Positions 20,906-31,960 of a stretch of 64,000 nucleotides of DNA are shown one piece after another. Each line of letters opens with the position of its first letter. Positions within the stretch are counted from its first letter, which is position 1. The notes beneath the pieces were generated by a model, which was not told where the DNA came from, did not search any database, and saw only the letters and a program-made list of their open reading frames with translations. The DNA is taken from NCBI GenBank assembly GCA_963699755.1, contig CAVOVB010000001.1:1504001-1568000 (forward strand). Direction: 5' to 3'. This DNA comes from an uncultured delta proteobacterium (GTDB lineage Bacteria > Myxococcota_A > Polyangia > Polyangiales > Houyiibacteriaceae). A program made the translations under genes and the position numbers.

Positions 20906-21832
20906 CTAGCGGCTGTGCTGCAAGAGCCAGTCGGTCGCCAATTCGGCGAAGGAAGTCTGTCCGGCGAGAGGAGGGTAGAAGATCGGAATGTGCGGCCCGT
21001 CTTGAATCGTCCAAAGCCCCGCTTCGACGCCGTCCTCGCAGCCCGCCGTATACGCCACTTGCTCGGTCTCCTCACCCGCGATCGTAGTAACCAGGTCAAC
21101 GCTACCGAGTAGGGTGGGCGAGCCAGTATCGCAGCCCGCCGCGGCGGCAAAGTACTCGGCCGTCTCGACCGCGCTCGGGTAAACGCCCGTAACGCCGTCA
21201 TAGAGGATCGTCGTGTCTGCAGTCCCGTGGACTTGGAGCACACTCACCGGGCGTGTTGCGGGCTTACAGTCGGCGCCCTCGGCAAAGGTCGAGCCCGCCA
21301 GGCTGACGATCGCCGTGATGAGCTCCGACGCTTCGCATGCCATTCGATAAGACATGAAGCCCCCGTTGGAATGCCCCAGCAGATACACGCGGTTGCCGTC
21401 GATGTTGTAGGTCTGCTTGGCTTCTTCGATCAGTGCGCTCAAGTAGCCCACGTCATCGACGGCCTTGTCGGGGTCACAGCAGAACGAAGCCCCGTTCCAG
21501 AAACGATCACCGTCCTCGTTCAAGGTGCCATCAGGCATCAGCAGGACGAGGTCTTTCTCGTCGACCAGATCGAGAATCCCCAAGAACCCAGCTTGAACCT
21601 CGCCCGTGAACGGCCCGAAACCGTGAAGGACGATCAGCAGCGGATGCTGAACGCTGGGGTCGTAGCTCTCGGGGATGGCCACCAGCGCGGGACGATCGCT
21701 GCCGATCATCAGCGGAGGGTCCGCGGAAAAGCCCTGGCCGCCGGTGCCTCCGGTCCCCGGACTGCTGTTGCCGTTGGAGCTGCCACAGCCGAAGGCGATC
21801 GCGAAGAGGAGAAGTGAAGATATGTTTTTCAT
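20906..21832 (-). CDS. LpqC / PHB-depolymerase-like esterase lipoprotein
   Basis: Lipobox AFGC, GHSNGG nucleophile elbow, DDVGYL, HGTAD. Confidence 0.85.
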   Translation of the reverse strand: MKNISSLLLFAIAFGCGSSNGNSSPGTGGTGGQGFSADPPLMIGSDRPALVAIPESYDPSVQHPLLIVLHGFGPFTGEVQAGFLGILDLVDEKDLVLLMPDGTLNEDGDRFWNGASFCCDPDKAVDDVGYLSALIEEAKQTYNIDGNRVYLLGHSNGGFMSYRMACEASELITAIVSLAGSTFAEGADCKPATRPVSVLQVHGTADTTILYDGVTGVYPSAVETAEYFAAAAGCDTGSPTLLGSVDLVTTIAGEETEQVAYTAGCEDGVEAGLWTIQDGPHIPIFYPPLAGQTSFAELATDWLLQHSR

Positions 21833-21876
21833 CCGGCGAATGATACAAGCGGGGCGTCTCCGAACCTAGCCCCTTT

Positions 21877-23181
21877 TCATTCGACGATGCGGATGAGGTG
21901 CGTCGGTGCCGTCGTGAGATGCGTGGCGTCGATCGCGTTGAGCGCAGCCCGAACCATTCCTTCGCGCGCGTGGTGCGTCAGGATGGCGATTGTCGCGGTG
22001 CCTGCCTCGCCGGCATCTGCGTCCTGAACCATCTGCTCGATCGAGATGCCGGAGTCGCTCAGCTTCCCCGAGAGCGCGGCGAGCACTCCTGGCTCGTCTC
22101 TGACGGTAAATCGAAGGTAGTAGCGCGACGACAAGTCGGCACTTGCTTGAAGCTTCTGCTCTCGCTCGGACGGGAGGTGCCACCGCCGGACGGGCGCGCC
22201 GGCGAGTGCGTTCTTCGCGATGTCGATGATATCGCCGGCAACACTGACGGCCGTGGGACCGGCGCCCGCTCCGAGGCCGGAGAGAAAGCTGGGGCCGACC
22301 ATCTCGCCCTTGATCGCTACGGCGTTGAGCGCCCCGTCGACGTGAGCCAGCGGGTCGCTCTTGGGAACCAAGGCGGGATGGACGCGGAGATCCAGCTCCC
22401 CGGTCGCCAGACGTTCGGCGACGGCGAGAGGCCGAATCACGTAGCCAAAGTTTCGCGCGTACTGGATGTCGCGTGGATCGACCTGCTCGATGCCTTCAGT
22501 CATGATTTCGCTCGGCAGCACGCGAGCCCCAAACGCAAGGCCGGCGATGAGCGCTAGCTTGTGGCCCGCATCTCCGCCGCTGATGTCGAGCGTTGGATCG
22601 GCTTCAGCGAAGCCTGCCTCTTGCGCGGCCCTGAGCGCATCTGCGAACGCAGCTCCTTCGTTGGCCATCCTCGACAAGATGTAGTTGCTAGTCCCGTTGA
22701 TGATGCCCCTCACGGAAACGATGTGATCGGACGCCAGTGACTCCCGAATGACGCGAATCACGGGGATGGCGCCGGCCACGGCGGCCTCGAAGTACAAGTC
22801 GCAGCCATTGGCCTCCGCGAGCTCGAACAAAGCTGCCCCGCGTTCGGCGAGTAGCGCTTTGTTCGCCGTGACGACGTGCTTCTTCGCGTCTAACGCGGTG
22901 CGCACCAGGCGCTCGGCAACCGCGATGCCGCCGATGAGCTCGACGACGATGTCGACGTCGTCCCGTTGCGCGAGCTCAAACGCGTCGTCGAGCAAGGTGA
23001 CGCTCGGATCCTGCGCACGAACGATCTCGAGCCGGGCCGGATCCTTGTCGGCCACTGCGGCAAGCCTGATGGGCGCGCCCGCTCGCGCCCCGATGACGTC
23101 CGCGTGCTGAAGCAAGACCCTGGTCAGGCCCTCGCCGATCACGCCGCATCCACATAGTCCAACCCGAATTTCGCGTCCCAA
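21877..23181 (-). CDS. hom: Homoserine dehydrogenase with ACT domain
   Basis: VVTANKALLA, FEAAVAGAIP, GIINGTSNYIL, AEADPTLD, C-terminal ACT. Confidence 0.97.
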   Translation of the reverse strand: MGREIRVGLCGCGVIGEGLTRVLLQHADVIGARAGAPIRLAAVADKDPARLEIVRAQDPSVTLLDDAFELAQRDDVDIVVELIGGIAVAERLVRTALDAKKHVVTANKALLAERGAALFELAEANGCDLYFEAAVAGAIPVIRVIRESLASDHIVSVRGIINGTSNYILSRMANEGAAFADALRAAQEAGFAEADPTLDISGGDAGHKLALIAGLAFGARVLPSEIMTEGIEQVDPRDIQYARNFGYVIRPLAVAERLATGELDLRVHPALVPKSDPLAHVDGALNAVAIKGEMVGPSFLSGLGAGAGPTAVSVAGDIIDIAKNALAGAPVRRWHLPSEREQKLQASADLSSRYYLRFTVRDEPGVLAALSGKLSDSGISIEQMVQDADAGEAGTATIAILTHHAREGMVRAALNAIDATHLTTAPTHLIRIVE

Positions 23182-23389
23182 ACCAGTTCCTCCGAGAAGC
23201 GCTCACGGTAGCAGACCCCACCATGATGTCACTAGTGGGGGATGCTCGTCGAACGCGATGAGGCACGACACCGCCTATGGCCTCGTTCGAGCTTGCGAGC
23301 GCTCGCAGTGTTCGGAGTGGATCGCCAGCGGAGATTCCGGGCTGCGTTTTTCGGGTGCTTCGTTTTGGACCATCTCCGCCAGCGGAACG

Positions 23390-24601
23390 CTACTGGCAGG
23401 AGCCCTCGATCAAGAACTTCGAGCGTACCGCGTTGTTCTGGATGCTTTCAGGATCGGTGACCGCGACTTCCAGACCCCAACGCTCCAAGGTGTCGAAGGA
23501 GAGCGTTCCCGTCATGTCGAACTCCCAGCAATCGCTGTTCCACCAGCTGTCCGCGCTATCGTCTCCCCAGGACCAGGCGAGCCAGCCAATGTCCCTTGCA
23601 TTCGCCTCTGCGATGATCCCGCGATAGTCGATATCGGGGCCGCAGGTTCCGTTCGGGGCCCTGTTGGCAAACTCACCGATGATGAAGGGGAGGTCCATGT
23701 CGACAGCGGTCTGCAAGACATTCGCGATCTGTGAGCGATTCAACGGGTCATAGAGGTGAGCAGAAAACACCAGGTTGTGCTCCGGATCGGACTCGATCAG
23801 CGCAGCCCCCTTGTCGAACACGACTTGGGAATCTCGGCCCCAGCCGCTCGCATCGATGACGAGCGGCACGCGAATTCCCGCGTTCCGCATTCTCGTGATG
23901 GCGTTTCGGTAGACGTTCTCGAAGTCGTCGTAGCCTTGTCCCTGAGAGGGTCCCGCCTCGTTGGCGATGTTCACCATCAGATACTGCTGGTGCCTTGCGA
24001 TGAAGGACACCGCTTCGGGGCTCGTCCAGTAATCGACGATCGCGTCCATGTTTCCCCAGCTGCCTGGGCCCGTCGCGTCGTGCATCTCGAGCATGGGGAA
24101 CATGCCGTTGGCGATTGCCGCTGCGACTGCGTCTTGTGCTTCTGTGATCGCCACTCCGTTCTGCGCCCACCAGAAGAGTCTCACGGCGTTTGCTTCGGTC
24201 CGCGCGATCTCGCTCATGGCCGCGCCCGCGCGGTCGACGTAGAGGGTAGGATGATTGACCCCCATCAGGACGACCCGCTCACCGCAGGCGTCGTAGAGGT
24301 GACGTCCCGAAGTGTGCATGGTCGGGCCCGCGGGTCCTCCATCGCCTGGAGGCTCGGGTTGCGGCGGCAACGGCGTAGGTGGCATCGGTTGCGGCGGCTC
24401 GGGCTGCGGTGGCGCTGGTTGCGGGGCTTCCGGTTGCGGGGACTCAGGCTCGCATGGGTCGCAGCTCGAACTGGGAGCGGGGCCTTCGGCCCCAGCGTCG
24501 CCTGTCCCTTCACCCCCTGGACTCGCTATGTCGCCGCATGCGCCGGCCGTGACTCCCGCGGCCAGCAGAGCGGCAAGCAACACACCCTTTGTCTTGACCA
24601 T
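23390..24601 (-). CDS. Glycoside hydrolase family 5 (mannanase-like) lipoprotein with Pro-rich linker
   Basis: NIANE acid/base, FSAHLY, IIGEF nucleophile, WLAWSW; TAGAC lipobox. Confidence 0.85.
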   Translation of the reverse strand: MVKTKGVLLAALLAAGVTAGACGDIASPGGEGTGDAGAEGPAPSSSCDPCEPESPQPEAPQPAPPQPEPPQPMPPTPLPPQPEPPGDGGPAGPTMHTSGRHLYDACGERVVLMGVNHPTLYVDRAGAAMSEIARTEANAVRLFWWAQNGVAITEAQDAVAAAIANGMFPMLEMHDATGPGSWGNMDAIVDYWTSPEAVSFIARHQQYLMVNIANEAGPSQGQGYDDFENVYRNAITRMRNAGIRVPLVIDASGWGRDSQVVFDKGAALIESDPEHNLVFSAHLYDPLNRSQIANVLQTAVDMDLPFIIGEFANRAPNGTCGPDIDYRGIIAEANARDIGWLAWSWGDDSADSWWNSDCWEFDMTGTLSFDTLERWGLEVAVTDPESIQNNAVRSKFLIEGSCQ

Positions 24602-24695
24602 CTAACCAGCCCCCCAATCAAAATATTACCCCTTAAGGGTGCTATCAGGTAGCTGGATCGGAGGTTCGTTACAAAGAAATACGCCTTTGGGCGGT

Positions 24696-25456
24696 CTAAT
24701 CGGCACAGCGCGTCGATGGAGCGCCGTGTCGTTTGGGGCCCGAGTCTGACGGCCACAATCGCGGGATGACCTTTGGTACGTTCTGGCGGTAGGTAAGGTA
24801 GCGCTGGCCGAAGCGGCGAACGAGGTCGCGTTCTTCGAAGAAGAGACCGACGAACATATACGCCGTCATGCCCGTCGCGAAGACGCAATGCCCGGTCGTC
24901 ATGACTGGTGTTGCCCAGATGCCTACGAGGATGCCCAGCTGGATCGGGTGCCGAACCAGCCGGTACATCCACGGCGTGCGGAACTCGAGATCGGGCACGG
25001 GCCGGCTCCGAAACGCACTCCACGCCTGCGTCAGGCCAAATAGGTGAAAGTGGTCGAGCGCGAACGTGGCAGCCACGAGGAGGAACCAGCCAGCGGCTTG
25101 GATACCGAAGATGGCAAAGACGGCTGCAGAGCGGTCAACGCGCCAGATCTCCGTCGTCATCGGCGACCAGAACACATAGGCGGCAATCAGGCAGCCAACG
25201 GTCGCTAGCACATAGGTGGCGCGCTCCACGGGCTCTGGAATGATCTTCCTCGAGGCTTGCTTGAACGACCAGCGTGCCATGACGCTATGTTGCAAGCCAA
25301 AGAGCAACACGAGTCCGAGATTGATCGCGACTGCGACCGCCCATGGCCGCGAAGCACCGGGTAGCAGACGACCCCGTAGATCAAAGTAGCCCAGCGCGCT
25401 GGGGCTGACAGGGTGGCGGTACCGAGGGAGTGGTCTTGTGGATCGAGATGAGTCAT
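24696..25456 (-). pseudogene. mddA: Methanethiol S-methyltransferase-like gene with internal deletion and frameshift near 25360
   Basis: LIYGVVCY in one frame; INLGLVLLFGLQHSVMAR...VERATYVL...HFHLFGL...VRHPI...EERDL in another. Confidence 0.7.
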
Positions 25457-25527
25457 TGCGCTCTCCTTTGTCAGTCTTGGAGGCGCTAGAGCGCGTCGCG
25501 CACCCTGCTAGGAGGCGCCTGGCGGGA

Positions 25528-26774
25528 TCAAAGTCGCCAGCTCATTCCGCTTTTCGGCTCGTAGCTGCAGAAGGCGCCAGTATGTACGGCGTCGCCGAAA
25601 TGCACTCCTGCGGCGGGATGGGCCTCGGCGATGCGCTGGATGCTTTCGCGAATTCGTGCGCTGACCGCTTTGCGCGCTCGGCCGCTTGGGTCCTCGAGCT
25701 TTCGACTTCGGCCGCCGAGCCCAGTCGCCACGCGCAGCTCCCCGAGGATCGCATCGCGCTCTTGCTCGAGGCGCCCGATCCTGCCGAGGTCGTTGAAGGA
25801 GCAAGCTTCTTTCGAATCTTCTTCGATCGCCAGCACCCGCGCCCGGAACTCGCGTCGCGCGCGATCGTCGAGCATGTCATCGCTGCCAAGAACCGGCGCG
25901 GCGGATTCTGCTCCTGCATGAGCGCCGCAGCGGCGATTTCTCGACCGGGATTCGCCGGGAGTGTGGCCAGGTCGTCGAGCCCCTTGCTGTGCTTGAGTAG
26001 CGCTGCCCTCTCTCCTTCCCACGGTGGATGTGCCCTCCCGTCGAGCGGCACAAAGGAGGCATCGGGGAGACTCGCGGCGAGCTCGCGCCCTGACTCGAAT
26101 GGGATCACACCATCTTGGTGCCGATGCGTCACCAAACACGGGACCGTCACCGCGGGCGCTATCGCCGTGACGTCGGCAGAATACGTCAGCATCAAGAGCT
26201 GTGCTGCCGTTTCGCTGTTCGCCGATTCGCGCTGCATGGCGGTGATCCGTCGCACCTCCTCGGGCGAATGGTCCGGCGTGAAGATCGAAGCCAAGGTCTT
26301 GGAACCGACGCCCCAGCTCGCGCGAACGAGGGCAAGCAAGGCCTCCTGGACTTCGGGTTCAGAGATGGTGCAACCGCGAAGATAAGTGCCGTGCAAAATG
26401 AGGCTGCGTACCCTGGACGGCTCCCTCTCCGCGTAGGAAATCGCAGTTGGACCACCGCACGACACACCAAAGAGCGTGAACTTGTCGAGCCCAAGATGGT
26501 CGATGAGGGATCCCATGAGTTCGACTTCGCGGTCAACCGTGATGTCTTTCGGATCGCGATCCCGATCACTGAGGCCCACGCCAATGCGATCGTAGCGAAC
26601 TACGAGGTGATGCTGCGCGAGAGCTCCGAAGAATTCCCGAAAGGCGTTGTGCTCCCAGTCCTTTTCGACGTGGCTGATCCACCAAGCCGGAAAGACGATG
26701 GCGGGACCGTCACCGTCGAGGGCGTATGCGAGTCGCTTTCCATCTCGAGTGCTGCAAAATCGGATACTGGGCAC
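25528..26774 (-). pseudogene. Alpha/beta hydrolase fused to a regulator-type C-terminal domain, frameshifted near 25900
   Basis: YDRIGVGLS, GVSCGG; the C-terminal LDDRARREFRAR...RARKAVSARIR...TGAFCSY segment is in a different frame. Confidence 0.7.
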
Positions 26775-26989
26775 GCGGCAAGCCTAGCTTTCATCCCCGC
26801 CGCACACAATCCTCGGCCCTCTATGCGTGAGCTGGCGGTCGCTCGATCGGTTCTAGTGCCACTTGGGTAGGGCATTGCTCGAGGCACTACAACCAAAGGA
26901 TGAACCGTGAAACCCGCACTCTGGCTTGCCGAGCTGACGCTGAATGAGCTGCGTGCGGAGGGCAGTGCCCTTCGGCAACGGGTTTCGAA

Positions 26990-27200
26990 GGGGGAGAGGC
27001 TCGACCAATGGCCTCGGCTTCCACCCGCGGTGAAGCAGGAACCGGTCGTGCGCGTTCCCGAACACTTCGTGATGATCCGCCGGGCGTTCGCCGCACTCGG
27101 TGGGCTGACCGTGCAGTCGCCACCGACGATAGAGATCCTGCGGTTCACGCTGCCGATAGTCATGGTGTCGCTCTCCTGCGCCAAGCGGCATCGCGCAAGG
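26990..27200 (+). pseudogene. Possible C-terminal remnant of an AarF/ABC1-like protein
   Basis: PVVRVPEHFVMIRRAFAALGGL resembles ABC1 C-termini; weak. Confidence 0.25.
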
Positions 27201-27268
27201 CAGCGCGGCTGCTTTCGCGCAACCCCGAGAAGGATCTTTGTGTTATGGGTGCGGCTCGAGGAGCAGTC

Positions 27269-28024
27269 ATGGCTGATGAACCTCTCATAGCGGTCTTCGT
27301 CGATTTCGAGAACTTGGCGATCGGGGCCCAGGTGACGGATTCGGGGCGGTTTCAGATCGAGCTTGTGTTGAAGCGATTGCTGGAGAAGGGGCGCATCGTG
27401 TACAAGCGGGCGTACTGTGACTGGAGTCGCTACCAGGGCGCCGTGCGCGAGTTTCACACACAGGGCATCGGCCTGGTCGACATACCGCAGAGCCGGATGA
27501 GTGGGAAGAACAGCGCGGACATCCACATGGTCGTGGATGCGCTCGACCTCTGTTACTCGAAACAGCACATCGACACCTTCGCGCTGCTCTCCGGTGACAG
27601 CGATTTCTCCCCGCTGGTCAACAAGCTCAAGGAGAACGACAAGCGCGTGATCGGAGTCGGGGTCAAGAAGTCCACTTCCGACTTGTTGATCGCAGGCTGT
27701 GACGAGTTCATCTACTACGACGACTTGGTGCGGGCGGCGAAGCCAAAGGCCCCTAAGCCGCGGGGCGCCAAGAAGACGACCAACAAGAAGGACGAGGCGG
27801 TGGACGTGTTCGTGGAGATCGTCGAGTCGTTGCATCAAGACTATGACACCCTATGGGGCTCGATGATCAAGCAAGCTCTGAAACGCGTGCATCCGGGCTT
27901 CAACGAGAGCTACTATGGATACCGTGGCTTCTCGGACCTGATGAAAGACGTCGAAAGCCGCGGGTTGATCACGCTCGAGTACGACCCCGACCGCGGGAAT
28001 TATAAGGTCGAACCCAAGCGCTAG
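27269..28024 (+). CDS. NYN-domain (LabA/DUF88) protein with OST-HTH/LOTUS domain
   Basis: VFVDFENL, GKNSADIHMVVDA, SGDSDFSPL, PGFNESYYGYRGFS; SD gaggag. Confidence 0.92.
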   Translation: MADEPLIAVFVDFENLAIGAQVTDSGRFQIELVLKRLLEKGRIVYKRAYCDWSRYQGAVREFHTQGIGLVDIPQSRMSGKNSADIHMVVDALDLCYSKQHIDTFALLSGDSDFSPLVNKLKENDKRVIGVGVKKSTSDLLIAGCDEFIYYDDLVRAAKPKAPKPRGAKKTTNKKDEAVDVFVEIVESLHQDYDTLWGSMIKQALKRVHPGFNESYYGYRGFSDLMKDVESRGLITLEYDPDRGNYKVEPKR

Positions 28025-28391
28025 CCGATGCCGACGGCTCGGCGTGAACGTTGCCGCGCAAGTCGGCCGCCATCTTCTAATAGCGCCACGGACTTGCGCA
28101 TCTAGTCGGGTCCAGCCATCGGATTGGCGCCACCAGAGGGCGCCCTCATGGCGACGCCGACATCCGAGGCTATGAAGCCGGCGAGCGGTGCTTTCCATTC
28201 TCTCCGAGGGTGCTCGGAGCCAATCGCAGGCCGTAGCGGTCCATTTCCAATTTGCCTGGGATGCGGGACGGTTCCTGAGTCTGCGCCACACGCCGTTTCA
28301 GGGCGAAAAGCGACGAATCGTGGAGGGTTGGGGGTTTCGTTAATCCAAAGCTCCGCCGGCGGCGTAGCAGCAGGAGAAGGAGAAATTCGTC

Positions 28392-30545
28392 ATGTTTTCG
28401 ACTGTTGCATCATCCGCCCTGAACGACCGACTTCTGGCGGAGGTCGCGAGCTCCGCTGCCCTCCGGGACCCGACCCCATTGATCTACGGCACACTGGCCG
28501 CGCTCACGTTCGTCTGTCTCGTTGCCGCACAGCTAGCCACCAAGACCTCCGTGCGAGCCTTCGCGCTGCCATTGCTGTTTGGCATGCTGGTAATCGGCTG
28601 TGCCGGCGACGGCAGCGCCCTGATCGCCAACAGCGAGGAGTACCTCGACAGCCTACCGGACTACCCGGAGCCCGAACCCGCCTACGACCGCGCGCTGGAC
28701 GGCGCGGAGTTCGAGTACGGCAGCGACCAGGTTTGCAGCAGCACGACCTACGAGATCAATGACGCTCCGGCAGAGGTCGTGATGTTCAACACGGATCCTC
28801 AGGTGTTCTGGCCCGGTGCTCTGATCCAGGGAGACAGCTACGAATCCGGCAGCCCGCTTCTGCTTCCTCTCGCGAACAGGGCGCCGCTCGACCTTTCCAT
28901 TCAGGGCCTCTACGCTGACCAGAGCGCCGCGTTCGACGTTCGTCCCACGCAGAGCGAGGTGAACCAAGCCGTGCAGGCGCTTCTCGCCGAAGCGGTGCAT
29001 AGCGGGACGCCGAGCACGCAGGGCGTCTTCTTCAATCAGAAAGAGGCATACAGCTTCGAACAGGCGGCCCTCAAGCTCGGGTTCTCGGCCCGCTATCTGG
29101 GTGCGCGAGTCAAGGGCTCGCTGAGCTACAAGACCAACAGCGAACAGAACACGATCGTGGCCAACGCGACGATTCGAACGTTCACGGTGTCGGTCGACCA
29201 GCCGCCCAGTCCGAGCGCGTTTTTCGAAGGCTTGAGCGCCGAGGAGCTCGACGAGCAGGTGGAGCTCGGCCGCCTCAGCGAGGAAAATCTGCCCGTCTAC
29301 GTGGCAAGCGTGACCTACGGGCAAATCATGATGTTCTCGGCCAGTTCGAGCTCGTCGATGCGCGACTTGCGAGGTGCCCTCGCGGCCAGCTTCAGCAGCT
29401 TCGCGGGCGGCGCCGCGGCCAGCCTGAGCGAGGCTCAGCAGAAGCTCTTGCAAGAATCCGAGATCACGGTCGTCACCCTCGGCGGCAGCGAGCAAGGCGT
29501 CGCGAACCTGATTCGTGAAGGCAAGCCAGCCGAGTTCTTCACCGGCACGACGGTCGTCACGTCCTCGGTTCCGATCGGCTACACGCTCAAGGACCTCCAC
29601 GGCAACGTAGTGAAGGTGGGTGAGAGCAGCCAATACGACCTCACGACCTGTCAGCCGAATGGCTTCGCAAACTTCTACGTGACGAATGAGGGCGGCCGGC
29701 AAGGCGACGGCTCGGTGACCGCGTACTACGTGGATGGAAGCGAATCAGAGCTCGCCGAGCCGATCGAGGCGCTCCATGCGCCACAGAGCATTGCCTACGA
29801 CAGCCTCAACGACTCGATACAGGTGCTTTCCTCCCATGATGGCGTGCCTCATGTGGGCATCTACGAGGCCAACGGCGTTCCGTCAGAGGAGCCGCGCTAC
29901 CGAGTGAACGGCGGCACACGCGGGATCGCCTATGACTCGAACCACGCGCGCATCTATGCCGTGGGCAACCTCAGCAGCGAGCTCATCGGTCGCGTCATGG
30001 AAGCCTATAACCCGAACGGAGAGCCTCTCCGGATTCAGTTCTGGACCGAAGCGGGCTCGCCTGGATACCCGGTTGCCTACGCCGCCGCCTACGACACGAA
30101 GCGAAACCGGATCTACGTGACCATCGAGCCCATCGTGAGCTGTGCACCGCCAGGTCCCGACTGTGGTGCGCCGAGCGAGGTCGTGGCCTTTGATTTCCAA
30201 GGCGCCGAAATCGAGCTCGAGGGTAGCTTCGAGGGGCTCGGCTCACCGCGTGGCATCGCCTACGACCCGCATCTCGACCGCATCTACGTGAGCGACCGGT
30301 CGACCGACGAGGTCAAGGTCTTCGATGCGGAAGGCAACTCCATCGAGCTGCCCACCCCCATCGAGAACCTGTCGGGACCTCAGGGCCTGCACTTCGACAC
30401 CACCCACAACCGCCTGTACGTGGTGAACCATGATAGCAGCGTGATCACCGCGTACGAGCCCGATGGAACCCCGGCACAAGGACTGGCGCTGCCAGCCTTC
30501 CCGAACCTCAATCGCCCGACATCGATCGCATATCGACCGTTCTGA
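28392..30545 (+). CDS. Thiol-activated/cholesterol-dependent cytolysin-like (CDCL) protein with C-terminal NHL-type beta-propeller
   Basis: WPGALIQG, RAPLDLSI, FTVSVDQP.SPSAFF, PVYVASVTYGQ, LGGS, VPIGYTL; repeated P.GIAYD...RIYV blades; strong SD. Confidence 0.85.
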   Translation: MFSTVASSALNDRLLAEVASSAALRDPTPLIYGTLAALTFVCLVAAQLATKTSVRAFALPLLFGMLVIGCAGDGSALIANSEEYLDSLPDYPEPEPAYDRALDGAEFEYGSDQVCSSTTYEINDAPAEVVMFNTDPQVFWPGALIQGDSYESGSPLLLPLANRAPLDLSIQGLYADQSAAFDVRPTQSEVNQAVQALLAEAVHSGTPSTQGVFFNQKEAYSFEQAALKLGFSARYLGARVKGSLSYKTNSEQNTIVANATIRTFTVSVDQPPSPSAFFEGLSAEELDEQVELGRLSEENLPVYVASVTYGQIMMFSASSSSSMRDLRGALAASFSSFAGGAAASLSEAQQKLLQESEITVVTLGGSEQGVANLIREGKPAEFFTGTTVVTSSVPIGYTLKDLHGNVVKVGESSQYDLTTCQPNGFANFYVTNEGGRQGDGSVTAYYVDGSESELAEPIEALHAPQSIAYDSLNDSIQVLSSHDGVPHVGIYEANGVPSEEPRYRVNGGTRGIAYDSNHARIYAVGNLSSELIGRVMEAYNPNGEPLRIQFWTEAGSPGYPVAYAAAYDTKRNRIYVTIEPIVSCAPPGPDCGAPSEVVAFDFQGAEIELEGSFEGLGSPRGIAYDPHLDRIYVSDRSTDEVKVFDAEGNSIELPTPIENLSGPQGLHFDTTHNRLYVVNHDSSVITAYEPDGTPAQGLALPAFPNLNRPTSIAYRPF

Positions 30546-30723
30546 AGGAGGAAGAAACCCTCCAGCGCACCGGCCCCGATGCGCCAAGAGGCAGATTCGG
30601 TGCCCCGCTGCCAGCACCGACATCAAGATGAACGATATGCGCAGTTTTTACGCCGAGCTCGCGGCACGCGCATGGCCTGCGCTCCCTTTACTCTGGAATT
30701 CCCAGGGAATCTAGCCCCGAGGC

Positions 30724-30739
30724 AGGCACGCGAATTGCA
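30724..30739 (+). promoter_or_regulatory. Candidate sigma54 -24/-12 promoter
   Basis: AGGCACG-CGAA-TTGCA, one mismatch from TGGCACG-N4-TTGCW. Confidence 0.4.
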
Positions 30740-31029
30740 AATCCCAATCCGCTATGAGCGCTCCACTCTCTGCTTGGGCATGCGGTCGTCGACCCGAGCT
30801 TCTCGCCGGGGCACAGGCCCGAGCGCGGCGCGGCAAGGCTTACGCTTGCGGGAAATGTCCTAAGCTACGCGATCGAGGTCGAGAACCTTACGTCCGGCGA
30901 CACGATCAAGTCCGGACACGTCTACACGGGCGGGGCCTCGGATGACGGGGCGCTGACGGGAGCAGGGAGTGTGACCTACCTGCAGGTCACTTCCGAACAA
31001 GCGACAAGAGGGCTCTTGCGCGGGCAAAT

Positions 31030-31532
31030 TGGGTCGGTGTCCGTGGGGCCGGAGGGCGGGGTCGTAACCTTTCCAAACGGTGTGACCCTGGACATTCCCG
31101 CCGGCGCGCTTGCGGAGAGCGTCGAGATCAATGTGAGCGACGTCCCGATCGACGAAGTCGACGCGATGATCGCCGCGCGGCGCCTCGACGTCGACGCTCG
31201 CCACGGTCTGGGGCTGGCTCGGCGCGGAGATCATCGAGGACGACAGCGGCGTGCCCCCGCACGCCGAGGTGGCGATGGATCCCAACGGCAACGCCATGGC
31301 GGTGTGGCGGCAAACGACTGACACCATCCCGTACATCGACGACATCTGGTCCAGCCACTACGACGCCGCCACCGGGCAATGGGCCGAGCCCGAGCTCGTG
31401 GATACCAACGACGGCGCCGCTGCTGCCCCCCGAGGGACCATGGACGAAGATGGCAATGCCATCGCGGTCTGGCGGCAGCGGGACGACGCCCGCGAGCACT
31501 ACGACATCTGGGCAAACCGCTGGGCACGGTGA
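31030..31532 (+). pseudogene. Fragments of a large extracellular protein (ZU5-like N-terminal part joined out of frame to propeller-like C-terminal repeats)
   Basis: VGPEGGVVTFPNGVTLDIPAGAL, then VAMDPNGNAMAVWRQ / MDEDGNAIAVWRQ in another frame. Confidence 0.55.
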
Positions 31533-31960
31533 CCGATCCTTCGAGCCTTCACCTGCGTTGGTGACGGCAAAAGAGGCACAAGCCAGGCAAGGCTTCGGCC
31601 TGCGCCGCGCGCAGTGCGTGCAGCTCAAGCTCAGGCCCGACGCTATGTGGGACTGAGACCCTCACTCAGGTTGCATGTCGCGTGTAGCGATGATGCAGCC
31701 CGCCCACCATCGGGATGGCGATGACCTGGTCGAGGCATCCCCGCCGAAGGTCCCGATCACGCGCTCGCAGAAGGCATTCTGCCGCGGGGACCGGGGAGCG
31801 GTCACGACCTCTTCGATTCCCATCGCAGGCACGCAACTAACGAAGGTCGCGCCCTAGCTCTTGTCTCGGGCCCGAATGAGATGCTTTGCGGTCCGCGTTG
31901 GCCCGCAAGGTTCTTTCGAGCTCCCGGCCCTTTCCTTGGGCACCCGACGCGAGATACGAA

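Noticed and set aside
24345..24450. PQP repeats in the GH5 gene
   Set aside because: Ordinary low-complexity lipoprotein linker
28025..28391. Long leader before the cytolysin gene as a riboswitch or sRNA
   Set aside because: One inverted repeat (gcgcaagtc/gacttgcgc) but no recognisable RNA family motif
31660..31860. Possible IS terminal remnant
   Set aside because: Resembles shadow text of integrase-core IS elements, but no transposase motif or terminal repeat could be confirmed
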